This document shows, in pieces, positions 1 through 14,019 of a stretch of DNA of 64,000 nt. The first letter of the stretch is position 1. Every line of letters begins with the position of its first letter. The stretch is from Octopus bimaculoides (Eukaryota), in NCBI RefSeq assembly GCF_001194135.2, contig NC_068992.1, positions 44,803,596 to 44,867,595 on the forward strand, given 5' to 3'. Both the position numbers and the translations under genes were made by a program. Below the pieces are notes generated by a model. The model was given only the letters and a program-made list of their open reading frames with translations, did no database searches and was not told the origin of the DNA.

Positions 1-47
1 ATATATATATATATATATATATTTACATATATATCGATAGACAGAAA

Positions 48-66
48 ATAGATAGATAGATAGAAT

Positions 67-138
<72 letters not shown>
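48..138. repeat. (GATA)n microsatellite
   Basis: Seen directly, with one interruption. Confidence 0.98.
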
Positions 139-139
<1 letters not shown>

Positions 140-679
140 GATTTATAAAACTCTTTATCCCTTTTCCAGTTTGTCAGATATCCAAAATATATTTTATCAC
201 CAATATTGTATTTCTAACTTAGAAGATTAGGAAACTATTTTCTGTCTCGTGATTTCTTTCATATTCAAAGACTTTATTCCCGAAGTATCAGCCCCTGTTT
301 TCAGTTCCAAAATACTGACAAAATAATGGCGAGTAATGTTAGAAATATCCTCCAACTTATAAGCTACTTCTAAGCAGTTGCATAAAGAATCCTTTTCTAA
401 AGCAAAAATATTAATATACGCTTTTTTTTTAATGTATTTAGTTATTTATGTCTTGTATATCTCAGATTTATATTTTTAATGCTGTGTAAAAGGCGATAAG
501 ATTGAATTCATACATTATGTTATGCAATACGTATGCAGCTTTTTATGCTTTTCTTAATTCGCAATGTGTTCCTTGTCATGTCTTCCATTTGTTTAGATCA
601 TAAGTGTATTTGGTGTTTAAAGCCACAACAAATTCTGTAATATAAAAAGAAAAAACTATTTTAAGCATATTCTACTGAG

Positions 680-1050
680 TTATTTGTGGACAGTATGGAG
701 TAAACGGATCGACAGTTCGGTTGTATCGCTTCTGTATATGTCAGAGAAGGTTTGACCATTAACAGTATTCAGAGCAAGAAGTAGACAATGTAGTTTGCAA
801 TATTGCTAAAATATCATGTCAATGACAGAGCTTTAAATGAACGACCACACTACAGTGCTTAAAACGAAATGTGAGAAAAGCTACTCTCCCCATGTAGTTC
901 AAACCTTGTTCGACTATAGTTTCAGGAATAGATACATCTGCTGAATGCGCTCGTGAAACGCTGATGTGAGAGTATATGACAAGTTAAATTGAAGGCAAAT
1001 ATTCGTGTCATAAATTTTATTTAAAATATCAATGAATGCATTTACTGATT
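680..1050 (+). mobile_element. Decayed mariner-type transposase C-terminal remnant
   Basis: Broken frames read ...NERPHYSA*NEM*EKLLSPCSSNLV-DYSFRN, resembling the mariner HDNARPH...LPHPPYSPDLAPSDY motifs; many stops and frameshifts. Confidence 0.4.
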
Positions 1051-2019
1051 TACTTAAAAATGGCTGTTTACGATGTGTGGTAAACTACAGCTATCCAATA
1101 GTCGCTTCAATGTATGTTGTATAGTATTGTAATTCAGTTTTTAATGCAATCTGACATGCCCATATGGCTATCAAGAGAAAAAAGGGTAGCGACCAATTAA
1201 TAAGTATTTTCAAATTAACGCACACTAAAATTAAGATTACACATTGCACAGATCAAAACAACTCCTCAGTTGTAGATCACCAACACCGAGACAATATGCC
1301 TCATCAATATCAAACTTGTTTAAAGTAAGGAAAACTTTGATTTATTGTGTACCAGTGATGTTAAAACAAAGAGCAATCAATATATTAAATCAATGAGGTG
1401 GGATTTTAATGTTTTTATATTTTCACACGTTTGAATATTTATAAGTAATCATGTTAAATGCAAACTTCAGAATAAAAGTGACACTGTAGATATTCATAAC
1501 ATGGTGTAAGAATTTCTTCTAATATCTGAATATACAAATATGGGTATCAGATAAAGCAACCGATATATTTTCATGAATATGTACGTGTAATATATGAAGG
1601 AAAGTATTATAGAAGATATAACAGAAATCAATCTCATCTTACATATTCTAAGGTAGACAATAGCGTAATAATAATGAAATATAATATATAATTTGGTCTG
1701 CATCTATTTTGTGCAAATGTTAAAATTATTGAAATAACAGCAAGACATTATAACTATATGTAATTTATTAAATTTAATTTATTAGACTCTAACTTTCTTG
1801 ATGCACTGGTGAAATGTCAGTAGGTTTATGAATCATTTCGTTGTTCACTCTTTTATAATACAAAGCCATATATTTATATAGTTGCTCAAACACGCCTATA
1901 TACGTGCACAAAAGCGAACAATATTTAAGTATGAAACGACTTTAAAAGCAACGAATATAATGAATGATGAAAATATATATTGTTACATTATACACCAAGT
2001 TTGAAAGACCATAAAGCTA

Positions 2020-2465
2020 CCACAGGGACTTATTAAATATAAAGAATTAAGACGTAGAACAACGAAGATATTATTACTGCCAATGATATACGCAGTAATG
2101 TTACATGGCGTGGAAGCGAACACTAGACAACTAACAAACCACATTTGAGATGTGGCCTTGGAGACGATTGTTGAGATTATCATTGATTGAACGACGAACA
2201 ATATTGAAACAAAAGGAAACTGAGAATACTTTGAGGCCATTCTTATACCAAACATTAACATTTCATGGTCAAATTCTGGAGGTGAATGATATCGGAAAAA
2301 GAGCAGCGTCAGTAAAGTTCAAGATTCAAGAGGTAACTGACAACCACAATCGATATTTAGAGTAAACAACGGTAATGAGAGTACATCGCTCCGCTCGGTG
2401 GGTATTAGAGGAACGTGCATATTCATGATCTCGTCAGAGGTGGAAAACGGTTTGAGGGCTCATAA
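2020..2465 (+). mobile_element. RTE-clade LINE 3' fragment (RT C-terminal region)
   Basis: Translation KILLLPMIYAVMLHGVEA...MWPWRRLLRLSLIERRT...LTFHGQILE...IHDLVRGGKR matches the RTE/BovB C-terminus pattern (AMVFPVVMYGCESW...WCWRRLLRVPW...YFGHL...VHGVAKSRTRL). Confidence 0.7.
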
Positions 2466-2859
2466 GACATGAATTTATGTTGCTTTACTACGGTTGTTGG
2501 ACACAAATTCGAGCAAGCTTGATTTGATGATGATAGGGACGAAAATGATTATGATCTTTGATGATATAAGTACAAACATATACATGTTTAAATATACATA
2601 CATATATACATACAAACGCACGTACACAAATACATATAGATATTTATATCTAACTAGAACGTTATACTGACTCTGTTAGTTCGAATGTGTGAGTGTAAGT
2701 GGACATCACATCGCATCTGTAAATAAAATTCTGGATGGTTGATCTGACAATCATAATGCCAAGACACTATTTCAGCGATAAGGGTAAGCGAAGACAGCTA
2801 TTTTAAATTGTGAACCCATCAGCGAACAATTCACGGCTAATAAAGCTAATGGCAAAATG

Positions 2860-3260
2860 GCGATTTTCTATGTGGAAATAATCCATTGTGATTTGTTAGA
2901 AATGGTAGAACACATTGGAAACGCATAACTTATCAGCAGAAATATCGTAAATTCGCAGATTTGTTTGAATTATATCAACTCCCATGAGGTTCATCAGGAA
3001 GTTGTGCAGGTTATAGAATTGCTATAACGCTGTTCGTATTAATTCAGACAATATATCGAGAGGAAATAAACCAAACTATACAGGATATATTAAATTTCCG
3101 TACGAAAACTGCAATAGAAATGCAAAAATAACAATGATAAGTACATTTAAGAGCAAATGGATGAAATAGCATCAGGATTAATAAATCAGTCACTACAAAC
3201 ATGGAAGACAAGTAAGAGTATTTCTAAAAGAGTTAGAGAATCAGAAGATATAAAGAGGAA
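2860..3260 (+). mobile_element. Possible decayed LINE endonuclease/linker region
   Basis: Interrupted reading frames with weak resemblance to the RTE endonuclease-to-RT linker; no clean motif. Confidence 0.2.
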
Positions 3261-3410
3261 GAGAAAGAGAGGAACAATGAAACCGAGACAAGGTGATGGA
3301 CAAGAGCAAAGTAGAAATATCTCAGGGGAACGTAGTCCACAACAAAAAGAAAGTGCACACACTTTTACATTGTAATTACCATAATTACAAATAACACATT
3401 CAAACCCATG

Positions 3411-3411
<1 letters not shown>

Positions 3412-3473
<62 letters not shown>

Positions 3474-3632
3474 NNNNNNNNNNNNNNNNNNNNNNNNNNN
3501 NNNNNNNNNNNNNNNNNNNNNNNNNNNNNNNNNNNNNNNNNNNNNNNNNNNNNNNNNNNNNNNNNNNNNNNNNNNNNNNNNNNNNNNNNNNNNNNNNNNN
3601 NNNNNNNNNNNNNNNNNNNNNNATAAATATGC

Positions 3633-3702
<70 letters not shown>
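3412..3702. repeat. (TG)n, N-gap 3474-3622, then (TAG)n
   Basis: Seen directly. Confidence 0.98.
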
Positions 3703-5824
3703 TCAAATATGTGTACAAAAACTGTAATAGGCTAAGGAGATAATCAAAAGAAACGATGTAATTTGAATGAATTCAAATGATCAATATTGGAATGTTTCTG
3801 TTCAATGTAATTGAATTAAAAATATATTTTATCCAATTGAAACAGTTATTGCTAGTTCTGCTATATAACGTTTCGCATAGATTGAAGAGAGTTAAATGTT
3901 TCAGTACGCTTGGGAGACGTCAGTTCCATTCTTGGACAAGGAGTCAACAAATAAGCGGACTGAGGCTCAGGCATCATATTCCTGGCATGTATGAGAGAAT
4001 GCGTTCAACTGTATATTTTGGATAAAAGCTGCGGTTCGAAATTTTCTCTAACAAGCACCGAAAGGAGACGGGAAATTGGAATGGTCTAAACTTAGAGCCT
4101 ATAATAATTAAGAGCCGAGTATAATCTCCAGTTTATCACTGAATAATAAAAATTCAGGGATATTTTTAACATGTTTTGTTTTAGAGGTAGGTATATTCTA
4201 AAGACACCACTTCTCTTGAAACTGGGACACTAATAAAAGAATTCATTATACCAAGTTTGACGATTCAATGGATCAAATTCCACTTTTCTCAAACTTTATT
4301 TAATCTTCTCTTTGTAATTCAACAATTAACTCATGAAACACTATGGGGCCGTTAATCAGCTGACTCTATATAGTATTTTAGTGATTCTAATATTTTCCAC
4401 GCAATTGACTTTTGTTATCTAACCCGATTCTCTAGAATGTTTCGCTTCATGGCGACATCTTTTGCCTACTCCACATGTCTTGATTTTTTTAAGCAGGTCA
4501 CTGGTCATGAAGAGAAATCTACTCAAAGAATTTAAATCGATTAAATTAGTACTGAATCGCTCTTTATCTTTTTATTTATTTATTTTTTGCTAATTGTGTA
4601 TCCCAGGATACAAAGTAGCAAAAATTAAAAGACGTATTCTAAGGAAAGTAAGAAGGTAAGAAACAGTTATTTCAGAAGATTTCTTATAACAGAGCAGACC
4701 ATATTACATATTAAGTTACCATTGATAACATTTGCGTAATAATATCAGACATAAAGGAACCACAGGAAGAGACTAGCCATCACAACGTGACGCATCAAAC
4801 CATCCGCTGTCATCTACATTTTTGAGTGGGTCAACTTCAATGTTGTCTGCATCCATTTCTCTGGTGGAGTTGACCCTATAATGCAATTAACTGTCCGTTG
4901 GAAACATTCTGAATAGCATGCTATTGCTATCAGATGCACTGAAGTTTACTTTTCATCTTCCCCTCTCTTACCAACAAACACAAGCAAGTACATAAATACA
5001 CTTCTACATATGCATACACACACATGCAAGTATATAAGTCTAGCTAAAAATCAGTGTATTCGTTTTTACAACTTCATTAATATGCCAAAATAAATCTTTT
5101 TTTATTTCGATCGGAAAGCTTGGAACATACTTAAACATAAATCATATGATGGACATTTAATATGTACACTGGATTGAGGACATTAAGACATAACTATATA
5201 GTCAGGTATTAAATTGAAGGCAGGAAATTATATGTCGTTTCAGAATTTAAATGTTCCTTGTAGAAATTATTCATTTTATGATTTTTTTTATGTTGTAGAT
5301 TTTGTTTTGTTTTCACATTACTTAATGTCAAGAAAACCCAGCTTACAATCGTCTGGAAGTGCTCACATTATCCGGCACATATCAAGTGATATTTAAAATT
5401 CAGATGAATTCCCTTGCTTCCGTTTCTATCATATGTCATTGTTGCAGTAATTTATTTCTTGGATGTTGAAAACAGCTCAAGTAAATATTGATTTGCTTTC
5501 ATTTAGCTGAAATGTACTTTTAGTAAGAAAAAGAAGAAAAAAAAACAAAAAAAAAAAAACGTTTATATTCGTTTCATTTGACTAGAATATAAGTTCAACT
5601 TATATTATTGCCCCCGAGTTATTAGCCTAGAAATTGATTCAGCTGGGTCTTGAAACTGGATCAGTAATTATTGTGTAAAGAGAGTATCAGTTTATCAATG
5701 TAATTTGGTTAGTCAACATTTGTGTAAATATTCCGCTTTCTGCCAACTCAATATGTTAACAAATACATATTAAGTATTTACAAAGGGGTTTCGCGTACCA
5801 GGTGCGATAGAGTCGATTACAATA

Positions 5825-6090
5825 TCTGTATATATAAAAGGCAGGATGTGTGTGTGGGTGAGTGTGTGTGTGTACGGGAATGCAATTTATGCACATCCAC
5901 AAATTAGCACGCATGTCGCTTAAATTTTAGGAGGACATTCGTCACAACCCTAACTGTATTTTCGTCAAATTATTTTCCCCCTAGGCACCAGCGAATAGCG
6001 GTAAAAATAATTTTGAACCATAACGTCTAACAATTTTCAAGTCGGAGAAATACACCGTCATTTGCAAACAGGAGTTCAGTCTCCTTCTAG
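5825..6090 (+). mobile_element. Non-autonomous Helitron-like element
   Basis: Begins A|TCTGTATATATAAAAG followed by a (TG)n tract. Ends with a short hairpin AGGAG/CTCCT (6070-6085) and CTAG (6087-6090). The base after CTAG is C rather than the expected T. Confidence 0.45.
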
Positions 6091-6319
6091 CAAGAGCGTA
6101 CAAAGAACATATATATATATAACTTCAAATACATTTCCACATAGGAATCTACATATAGAAATCTATCCCTCTCTCTCTTTATCTAACAATGAATCTATCC
6201 ATTTATGTATATGTGTGAGCGTGTGTGCATGTATGGATACATATATACATACATACATGTATATATATGTATATACATGTATATATATGTATACGCATGT
6301 GTATATATGTATATGCATG

Positions 6320-6351
<32 letters not shown>

Positions 6352-6542
6352 NNNNNNNNNNNNNNNNNNNNNNNNNNNNNNNNNNNNNNNNNNNNNNNNN
6401 NNNNNNNNNNNNNNNNNNNNNNNNNNNNNNNNNNNNNNNNNNNNNNNNNNNNNNNNNNNNNNNNNNNNNNNNNNNNNNNNNNNNNNNNNNNNNNNNNNNN
6501 NNNNNNNNNNNNNNNNNNNNNNNNNNNNNNNNNNNNNNNNNN

Positions 6543-6579
<37 letters not shown>

Positions 6580-6679
6580 GTATGCATGCACACACATGCA
6601 CGTAAACATAAATTTCTAGTTGGCTATGAAGTATAGGATCATATTGTGTTTTTTTAGTAATAGAGAGATTGCTGTTTTC

Positions 6680-6711
<32 letters not shown>

Positions 6712-9178
6712 TTGCTTTTGATTTTTACATTACAAATATCTATGGAAAACGGAATAGTTCTTAGAAATCATAACATAATATCTATTTATGTTTTTATTGC
6801 GTTTGAAAAGCAAAGAAAGTCCAAATGTAGCACAGTTTCCACATAATCGTGTACTTCAAGAGTTATGTTGTATCTAAACATGTTTTGAAAACTAACGGTA
6901 TATTTAGAACTCCTGGGATTACCTATTTGTTTAAGACATAACGGAAATATAACAGATGTTTAAGGACATAGTTGCTACAGAATAAAGTTGGGTTTTAAAA
7001 TTTATGCTTTTTAGAACATTCATATTGCATCAGAATTAATATCATTGTTACTAAGCTGTGAATATATAGGTAATTGTTGAGTGAGTATGTCTCTCTCTCT
7101 CTCTCTCTCTCTTTCTTTCTCTTTCTATCATTTTGTGTGCGAGTACACGTATACATATATACAGGGACATACAAATGTGTATGCGCGTATGTATATACAA
7201 ACTATAGTCATGATATAAATGTAGAATAATTTACACTTTACATGCATTAGTAAGGCTTATACATACATTCACACATACACACACACATGCATGCATACGT
7301 ACATACATATGCACAATCATACATACATGCATACATACAGACAGACAGACTTACAAAAGGACAGCCAGCCAGAGAGTTATATATNNNNNNNNNNCTGTTT
7401 AATATTCCAGTTGCTTCGTTGCTTATCAAATATTATTAATCATTCTACAATCTATTTAACGAGATATTATTTTCCAATTTGCCGTTCAGTATTAAGGTTA
7501 CAGTTCAGTTTTAAAGTGTTTTCCAATAACGCTTTTCGAGATTTTTCGTAGAACGTTAAATATTTTACGATATCTCGTTTACTTAACACATCTAAGTATA
7601 TATTCCGCTGTATGTATAAGCTTACAATTGGTACTCTGTATCTATAGAGCAGTGTATACTCTTTTAATCATGGCTCATGGTTTACAGATATTTAATATTT
7701 GTATCTTGAAATAATAACGTGGATCCAGGCATTAATTGACTATATATGCATTATTCTCAGAGTTCGAAACTACGATACTTGAAATATGACAAATGAGAAT
7801 AGTTGTTGATAGATGAAACTTATGTTCGATTTTAATACGAAGCTCAAGTTTTCTCCATATAACATTTATCTGTCGTATGTTGTTTCTTCCGAGGGATTTC
7901 AAATGAAGATTAATAGCCAATAATTATACTGGTGACACATCTGCTCTCCATCTCAGTGGGACCTATTTAGAGCCAATTAAGCTTGCCTAGTAAGAATAGT
8001 ACCTCAGCAAAGAATGTCACACATATTCACTAAAATTATATGAAACTCAATGTTTTGCTTGATTGCTTGGCGTCCTGTAAGATTGCTTACTAATTCTTTG
8101 TGACATTTATTTATGTCTCTACGGATTGAGTTCAAATTCTGCTGAGTTTTCCTCCACCTGATATTATTGAGTCGGTAAAATATATACCATCCCTGGAGGT
8201 GATATAATCTACTATATACTATCGAAATTTCATTACAGTGTGCGTTTGTTATCAATCGATATTATTGACATTGGTGTGATTGATTATTTTCCTGTAACTA
8301 AATACGATGCCATCTCAGATTAAATACAACTAATTTCAAATGCATTGCAGCTATTCTACAGAATTAATATCCAAACACATGTCATAGAATAAACTTTGAA
8401 AATGTTTATTATTCATTGACAAGCATATTTAAGGTTTCAGAGCTGCAAATACGGATACAATGACCAAGTACTTAAGCAGTAATAAAACAAGGACACCTAA
8501 ACCGTTTCTTTGTTTTGGCTAATGAATAAAGCAAGTTTATATAGGTAGAGAGGAACGATAATTAATTACCGTTTATGAATGTTAATAATTTCAACAGCTA
8601 ACGATTAAAAAAAATAATAAAACGCAATACCAACGGTAGTTGAACTAGTAATGTAGAGCACTGAACTTGATAACAGAAAACTATAAGAATTCACACAATA
8701 TTCTTCATTTTAATCTTGATTAAATTTTAATTGTCTATTTAATCAAGTATTATTTAGGTTTCTCTAAATGAAATCTCCAGATTATTTTGTCAAAGTAAAA
8801 TGACAAAAATCTGAACTGTGCCACGGAATGTGTTTGATGATAAAGTTTCTGTTTTTGACATCTAAATTCTAAAACCATAATCTGAAGAAATTCAAGAACA
8901 CTTGGCTGTAAAGAAGTTTCAGTTAAGAACACTTCTGCTTCCAAAATTCAATTATCTCGATTCGAAAAGGTTGCTGACACATCAAGAGAATTATGATAAA
9001 GTAAAACATAGTAAAGTTAATGTGAAACAGTCAGGTTGGCTCTCCAACAAAAGATACATATCTCCAGAAGGCAGAGTAATGTATGCATACAAGCATACAT
9101 GCATACATGAATACATACATACATACATACATACATATAAAGATATAAATACCGATGTAGGTATATATAATTACACAT

Positions 9179-9224
<46 letters not shown>

Positions 9225-11126
9225 ATATATATATATAGATATACATATATATACATATATATTTGTAAGTATGTTATNNNNNNNNNNNNNNNNNNNNNNN
9301 NNNNNNNNNNNNNNNNNNNNNNNNNNNNNNNNNNNNNNNNNNNNNNNNNNNNNNNNNNNNNNNNNNNNNNNNNNNNNNNNNNNNNNNNNNNNNNNNNNNN
9401 NNNNNNNNNNNNNNNNNNNNNNNNNNNNNNNNNNNNNNNNNNNNNNNNNNNNNNNNNNNNNNNNNNNNNNNNNNNNNNNNNNNNNNNNNNNNNNNNNNNN
9501 NNNNNNNNNNNNNNNNNNNNNNNNNNNNNNNNNNNNNNNNNNNNNNNNNNNNNNNNNNNNNNNNNNNNNNNNNNNNNTTTTGACATGATGCCGTAAGATT
9601 ATAGTTTTGGAATACAAAAACTAATCTCTGTAAACTTTGCAGTGATGAATTGCAGTCAGCCCTAAGGAGTTTTAAATTGGAAAAATGAAAACATTTAGGC
9701 CATTCATTCTGAGCGGTGCACTGACAAAATCGTGAAGCGTCGAACAAAATGTTTTAGTGTATTTAGTTATATTTCCCACCAAAATCGTCTTCGAGATTAT
9801 ATGGCTGATTTGCGTAAGGTTGCAGTTCGGCACTTGAAGAGGCAAGCCACACTAGCAGCCTTGCTCAGGGGTGTCGGTTCCGACCTCCTGCCTGTATACG
9901 AATTCGGATGCAATTTCGAGGAGAACGATTAATCAAAATATTTTAAAACATCGTCTTGAGGTGAAGATTCTCCTAGCTCCGGCTGAATCGAAGACATACA
10001 CATCACCTTTGCTATATATAGCAAAATGACTATCTGCTTTGTCTTAACTGTTCATCTTAAACCAGATTAATGTCTCTCCTCTATTGCATGTTGAAGGAAT
10101 GTATTTCACTGACCACGAAGTCCAACTACTGCCTAAACCATTAAGAGAAAGATAGAGTGTACTGTGGCCAATAATCCGCACACATATGCTCCAACTTCAA
10201 AATATATCAAAAATGTATTTCAGAGATTCCTGAACATTGAGCAAGTAAATTTGACGTTTGTCAGTGCATTTTGTTACTTCTTGTTTATCAGACATTCCTG
10301 GAAGACTGTGTCAAGCAAAGATAAACAGATGTTACTAGATAATTAGAAAGGCCTTAAGCAGTCACATGTTTTTTTGTTTTTTTTTGCAATGAAGCAATAC
10401 AGTCGGTGGGATTTTCATGTTAACATGTAATTATTGAATAAGAGTCATGAATAGCTTCGTTTTTCTCAGGAAAAATCTGGGCATGGATGAGAACTGTGGC
10501 TGGTATAATCCGAAAAAATATTCAGTGGAGAAATATGGATATTTTACGGAAATACCTGGGGTGGAATCGTTAAAGTGGGGGATACTGAAGGTACACGAAT
10601 TAATATAATTTAGCGCTTCTGTTTTTTTGTCGCTTTTCAAGAAAGCAGGAAAAGGGCGAAATGAAACTGAATGAATTAAAAGAGGCTACTAGTTAAAAGA
10701 TGTAACATACTGATTAGTAAGTAGTGGTAACGAAAATGATTTGAGACATTGAAGAATGATCTGTAGCAAGAGTAAGGGAGAAATGAGTGAAAGGAGGAAA
10801 ATGTAATTTTGTATAAAATGAAATGAATCTCTGTGCATACGAGAGACTTCAAAGAATGTGATGCAGTTAAATGAACTAGCTGAATTTGCGCGCGCGCGCG
10901 TACATATACATCAACAGAGACAGATTCAGACACACAGATACACACAAATACAATAATGCATATATATTTAAATATATACATATATGTATATTGATATTCA
11001 TGCATATCACTCTAGGTACATGCATTGTTCTCAAAATGACACCCAGACACTCTGAAATGTCTTGATCCTTACCTGTAACTTCCAATAAATGTGTTGAGTG
11101 CCCTTCTTTCGTTTGTCTACTCACTC

Positions 11127-11180
<54 letters not shown>

Positions 11181-11939
11181 GTGTCTGATGAACTCGTTTT
11201 TGAGAGTAAAATCAAGTTCCCAAGCTGTGTGTGGATACATATCGCAATTCTGAATGGTAAATGTTATGGATAATTTACGATAGTGATATCAGTTTAGATT
11301 ATCACAAACTCGAATATTCAGAATCATAGAAAACAATAGAACAATACTGAAACATTAATTTACTGCTCAACGATTGGAAAATGAAGTATTATTTTACATT
11401 TTATGTTTGTTATTGCGCTTCATTCCATTTATCAAGATAACAATATAATGAAAGGGGAGAACATTGGTGTCCAAAATCTCATGAGTTAATGATATATTAA
11501 TACTAATGTATATCATTTACAGACTAAGCAGCGTTAAATGAATTACTTCTCAAATTATTTTTAATGTGCATTATCTCTAATACAATGTGAAGTATTTCTA
11601 ATACAAAATGAAATCGACTGCCCCCCCCCCCCAATTTCAGCTTTGTGCCTAGAGTAGAAAAGATTATGTGTAACGAAGAAGAAACTATATTTAAGAACTA
11701 CGAAGGATTACAATAAATTAAGTGAAAATATTTCGTTAATGTTTTTATACGCCAATGCTATTCGCGTCTAATTTTAATTCAGGTGTGTGCCCTGAATATT
11801 TCATCACACTTCTGTTTGTTGGTAATTAATCCGTTTGGCATGATCCTAGCAAAGTAACATTTGAAGGCAGCAACGTTTTACAGGTTAATTTTTATAGTTC
11901 ATCCCTTTTTGACATCTGTTGCTACTGCAGAGATAATGT

Positions 11940-12390
11940 AATTAACAACAATTTGGGGGGCTTCTTCAACCAAATTAAAAGATTCCTGTATTAAGTGTGT
12001 CCCTGCTGATGAAATATGAAGGATTATGAGGAAACATTAACCACACCAATGCTCGATCTCATTCCACATTCAACAAATGTAACCGAAATATAGTGACTGG
12101 GTGTTTAATGAGCTGCAAAAATCACCATAGCTGTTATCTGTAAATTCATATCACTTCAGGGTACTAATGTTATATAATCATTTATTGCCAAACTAATGAT
12201 GTTGAAGAGTGGCATATGACTGCTTTGACGATTTTGACTAACCATTTATCATGCGATCAGCAATGATAAATATTCAAATATGCTCAAACCAATAATGTCG
12301 AAGCGATTATGTAATGCTGATATTGAGAAAACGGCTGCGGGATTCAGCTGTGGCAGGTTTATTAGGCACCATGATCTTTCAGTCTCTGTC
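11940..12390 (+). mobile_element. Decayed LINE RT N-terminal fragment
   Basis: Frame KYSNMLKPIMSKRLCNADIEKTAAGFSCGRFIRHH resembles the LINE RT motif K..L.RL.....EEQAGFR.GR...DH. Confidence 0.4.
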
Positions 12391-12431
12391 TGTCAGTCGG
12401 TCTGACTGTATCTCTGTCCGCCGTCCGTCCC

Positions 12432-12523
<92 letters not shown>

Positions 12524-12556
12524 CCTATCTATCTATTGATCTTTCTAATATCTATA

Positions 12557-12603
<47 letters not shown>

Positions 12604-12728
12604 GTGTGTGTGTGCTTACNNNNNNNNNNNNNNNNNNNNNNNNNNNNNNNNNNNNNNNNNNNNNNNNNNNNNNNNNNNNNNNNNNNNNNNNNNNNNNNNN
12701 NNNNNNNNNNNNNNNNNNNNNNNNNNNN

Positions 12729-12771
<43 letters not shown>

Positions 12772-12787
12772 GTGTGTGTGTGTGCTT
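12432..12787. repeat. Compound (CTAT)n/(CTGT)n/(TG)n microsatellite around gap 12620-12728
   Basis: Seen directly. Confidence 0.97.
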
Positions 12788-13329
12788 ACGTAGATAACGG
12801 AAACACAGTAGGTATTTACGTACTTCACATGTTTCAACAAGTTTACCAAATGCAAATCAAGCAACTTTAAAGTGCTTTATAGATACTCGGTGTTCTTTCT
12901 CTTCGGAACATTACGACAATTCAGTTGCTAACGCCTGCCAGAAAAGTACCCGATGAGAAAGAACACTGAACATCTATGTAGTATATTAAGTTTACATAAT
13001 TTGCGATCGATGAGTCTCTTGAAATATGTGTAGTACGTAACTTTCTATTTCATTCCCTTTACCCACGATGATATTATCGCATAATCAGTTACTTTTGTTG
13101 CTATATTCTAGAGTTGTATATTAGCGGTCATCTTATCGAAGTTTTCGACAAATTTGACATGGGATGAAGTGTATTTTTCGTCTACTTCATCATCTATACA
13201 AGCCTTATATATGTTTGAGGCTAACCAACTGTCTGTACTACAAATATTTTCGATCTCACTACTTTATTATATATACTAAGTGTGTTCTAAAATTAACCGA
13301 CTTTATTCTTTCACCAAAACTAATGTTGT

Positions 13330-13640
13330 GTAGGCAAAATCCTTTGGGTGGGAGGCGACGCCACTCGTCATGCGCATGCGTAAAAGTTTTCGTGCCGGTA
13401 GGATATCAGTTCCCGGCTGCTATGCTAGACGTATAGCGTGCGTTGAGAAGATTCAGCAGGCATTTGGCGATGATGTCATGGACAAAAGGAACGCAGATCA
13501 AGAAGTGATACAACCCGCTTCTAGCATGGCTGCACGCTACTGGAAAGAGAGGCACGCTGAAGCAGGCCATCCGCAATTCGAAACGAGGAACCGATTGAGA
13601 TGGTTCGGTGAATAGACATGGAAAACTGTCGTGCAACTGA
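13330..13640 (+). mobile_element. Mariner transposase N-terminal (HTH) remnant
   Basis: ORF 13370-13615 contains ARRIACVEKIQQAFGDDVMDKRN...AEAGHPQFE, resembling the mariner AAETAR.I..VFG.DV...RSGRP DNA-binding region. Confidence 0.55.
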
Positions 13641-13697
13641 TACCACTAAGAAATTGATCACGAAATGGGAACAAGCACAGGATAAGCGAATTGCATT

Positions 13698-13753
13698 TTC
13701 ACGAAGGATTTGTACACGAGAACAATGCTTTAACCACTGAGCCAAGCGCCTTC
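13698..13753 (-). mobile_element. tRNA-derived SINE head fragment
   Basis: Reverse complement GAAGGCGCTTGGCTCAGTGGTTAAAGC carries a Pol III A-box. Confidence 0.5.
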
Positions 13754-13777
13754 AGTTATTTATTATATGTTCCAATA

Positions 13778-14000
13778 GGCAGCGAGTTCACAGAAATATT
13801 AGCACGCCACAGGAAATACTTAGCGGTGTTTCGTCTGTCTTTATGTTCTGAGTTCAAATTCTGTTGAAGTCATCTTTGTCTTTCATCCTTTCAGGTTCAA
13901 TATATTAAGTACCAGTTGCGTACTGGAGTCGATCTGATCACCTGGCTTCCTCCCCACCAAAAATTTCGGACCTTGTGCCTAGAGTAGAAAAGAATATTAT
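13778..14000 (+). mobile_element. tRNA-derived SINE, family A (near full length)
   Basis: Head GGCAGCGAGTTCACAGAAATATTAGCACG, B-box-like GAGTTCAAATTC, body TTTCATCCTTTC...AAGTACCAGTT, tail CCTTGTGCCTAGAGTAGAAAAG; these blocks recur in several copies in this window. Confidence 0.85.
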
Positions 14001-14019
14001 ACGTTCCTAGCAGGAAGTG

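Noticed and set aside
8004-8255. 83-aa minus-strand ORF with splice-like borders
   Set aside because: It includes an inverted family A SINE fragment (GAGTTCAAATTCTGCTGAG near 8125-8145) and a stop just before the donor.
12560-12790. Apparent direct repeat (TG)n-CG-(TG)n-CTTAC on both sides of the gap
   Set aside because: Most likely overlapping contig ends or two alleles (7 versus 8 TG units) left unmerged by the assembler.
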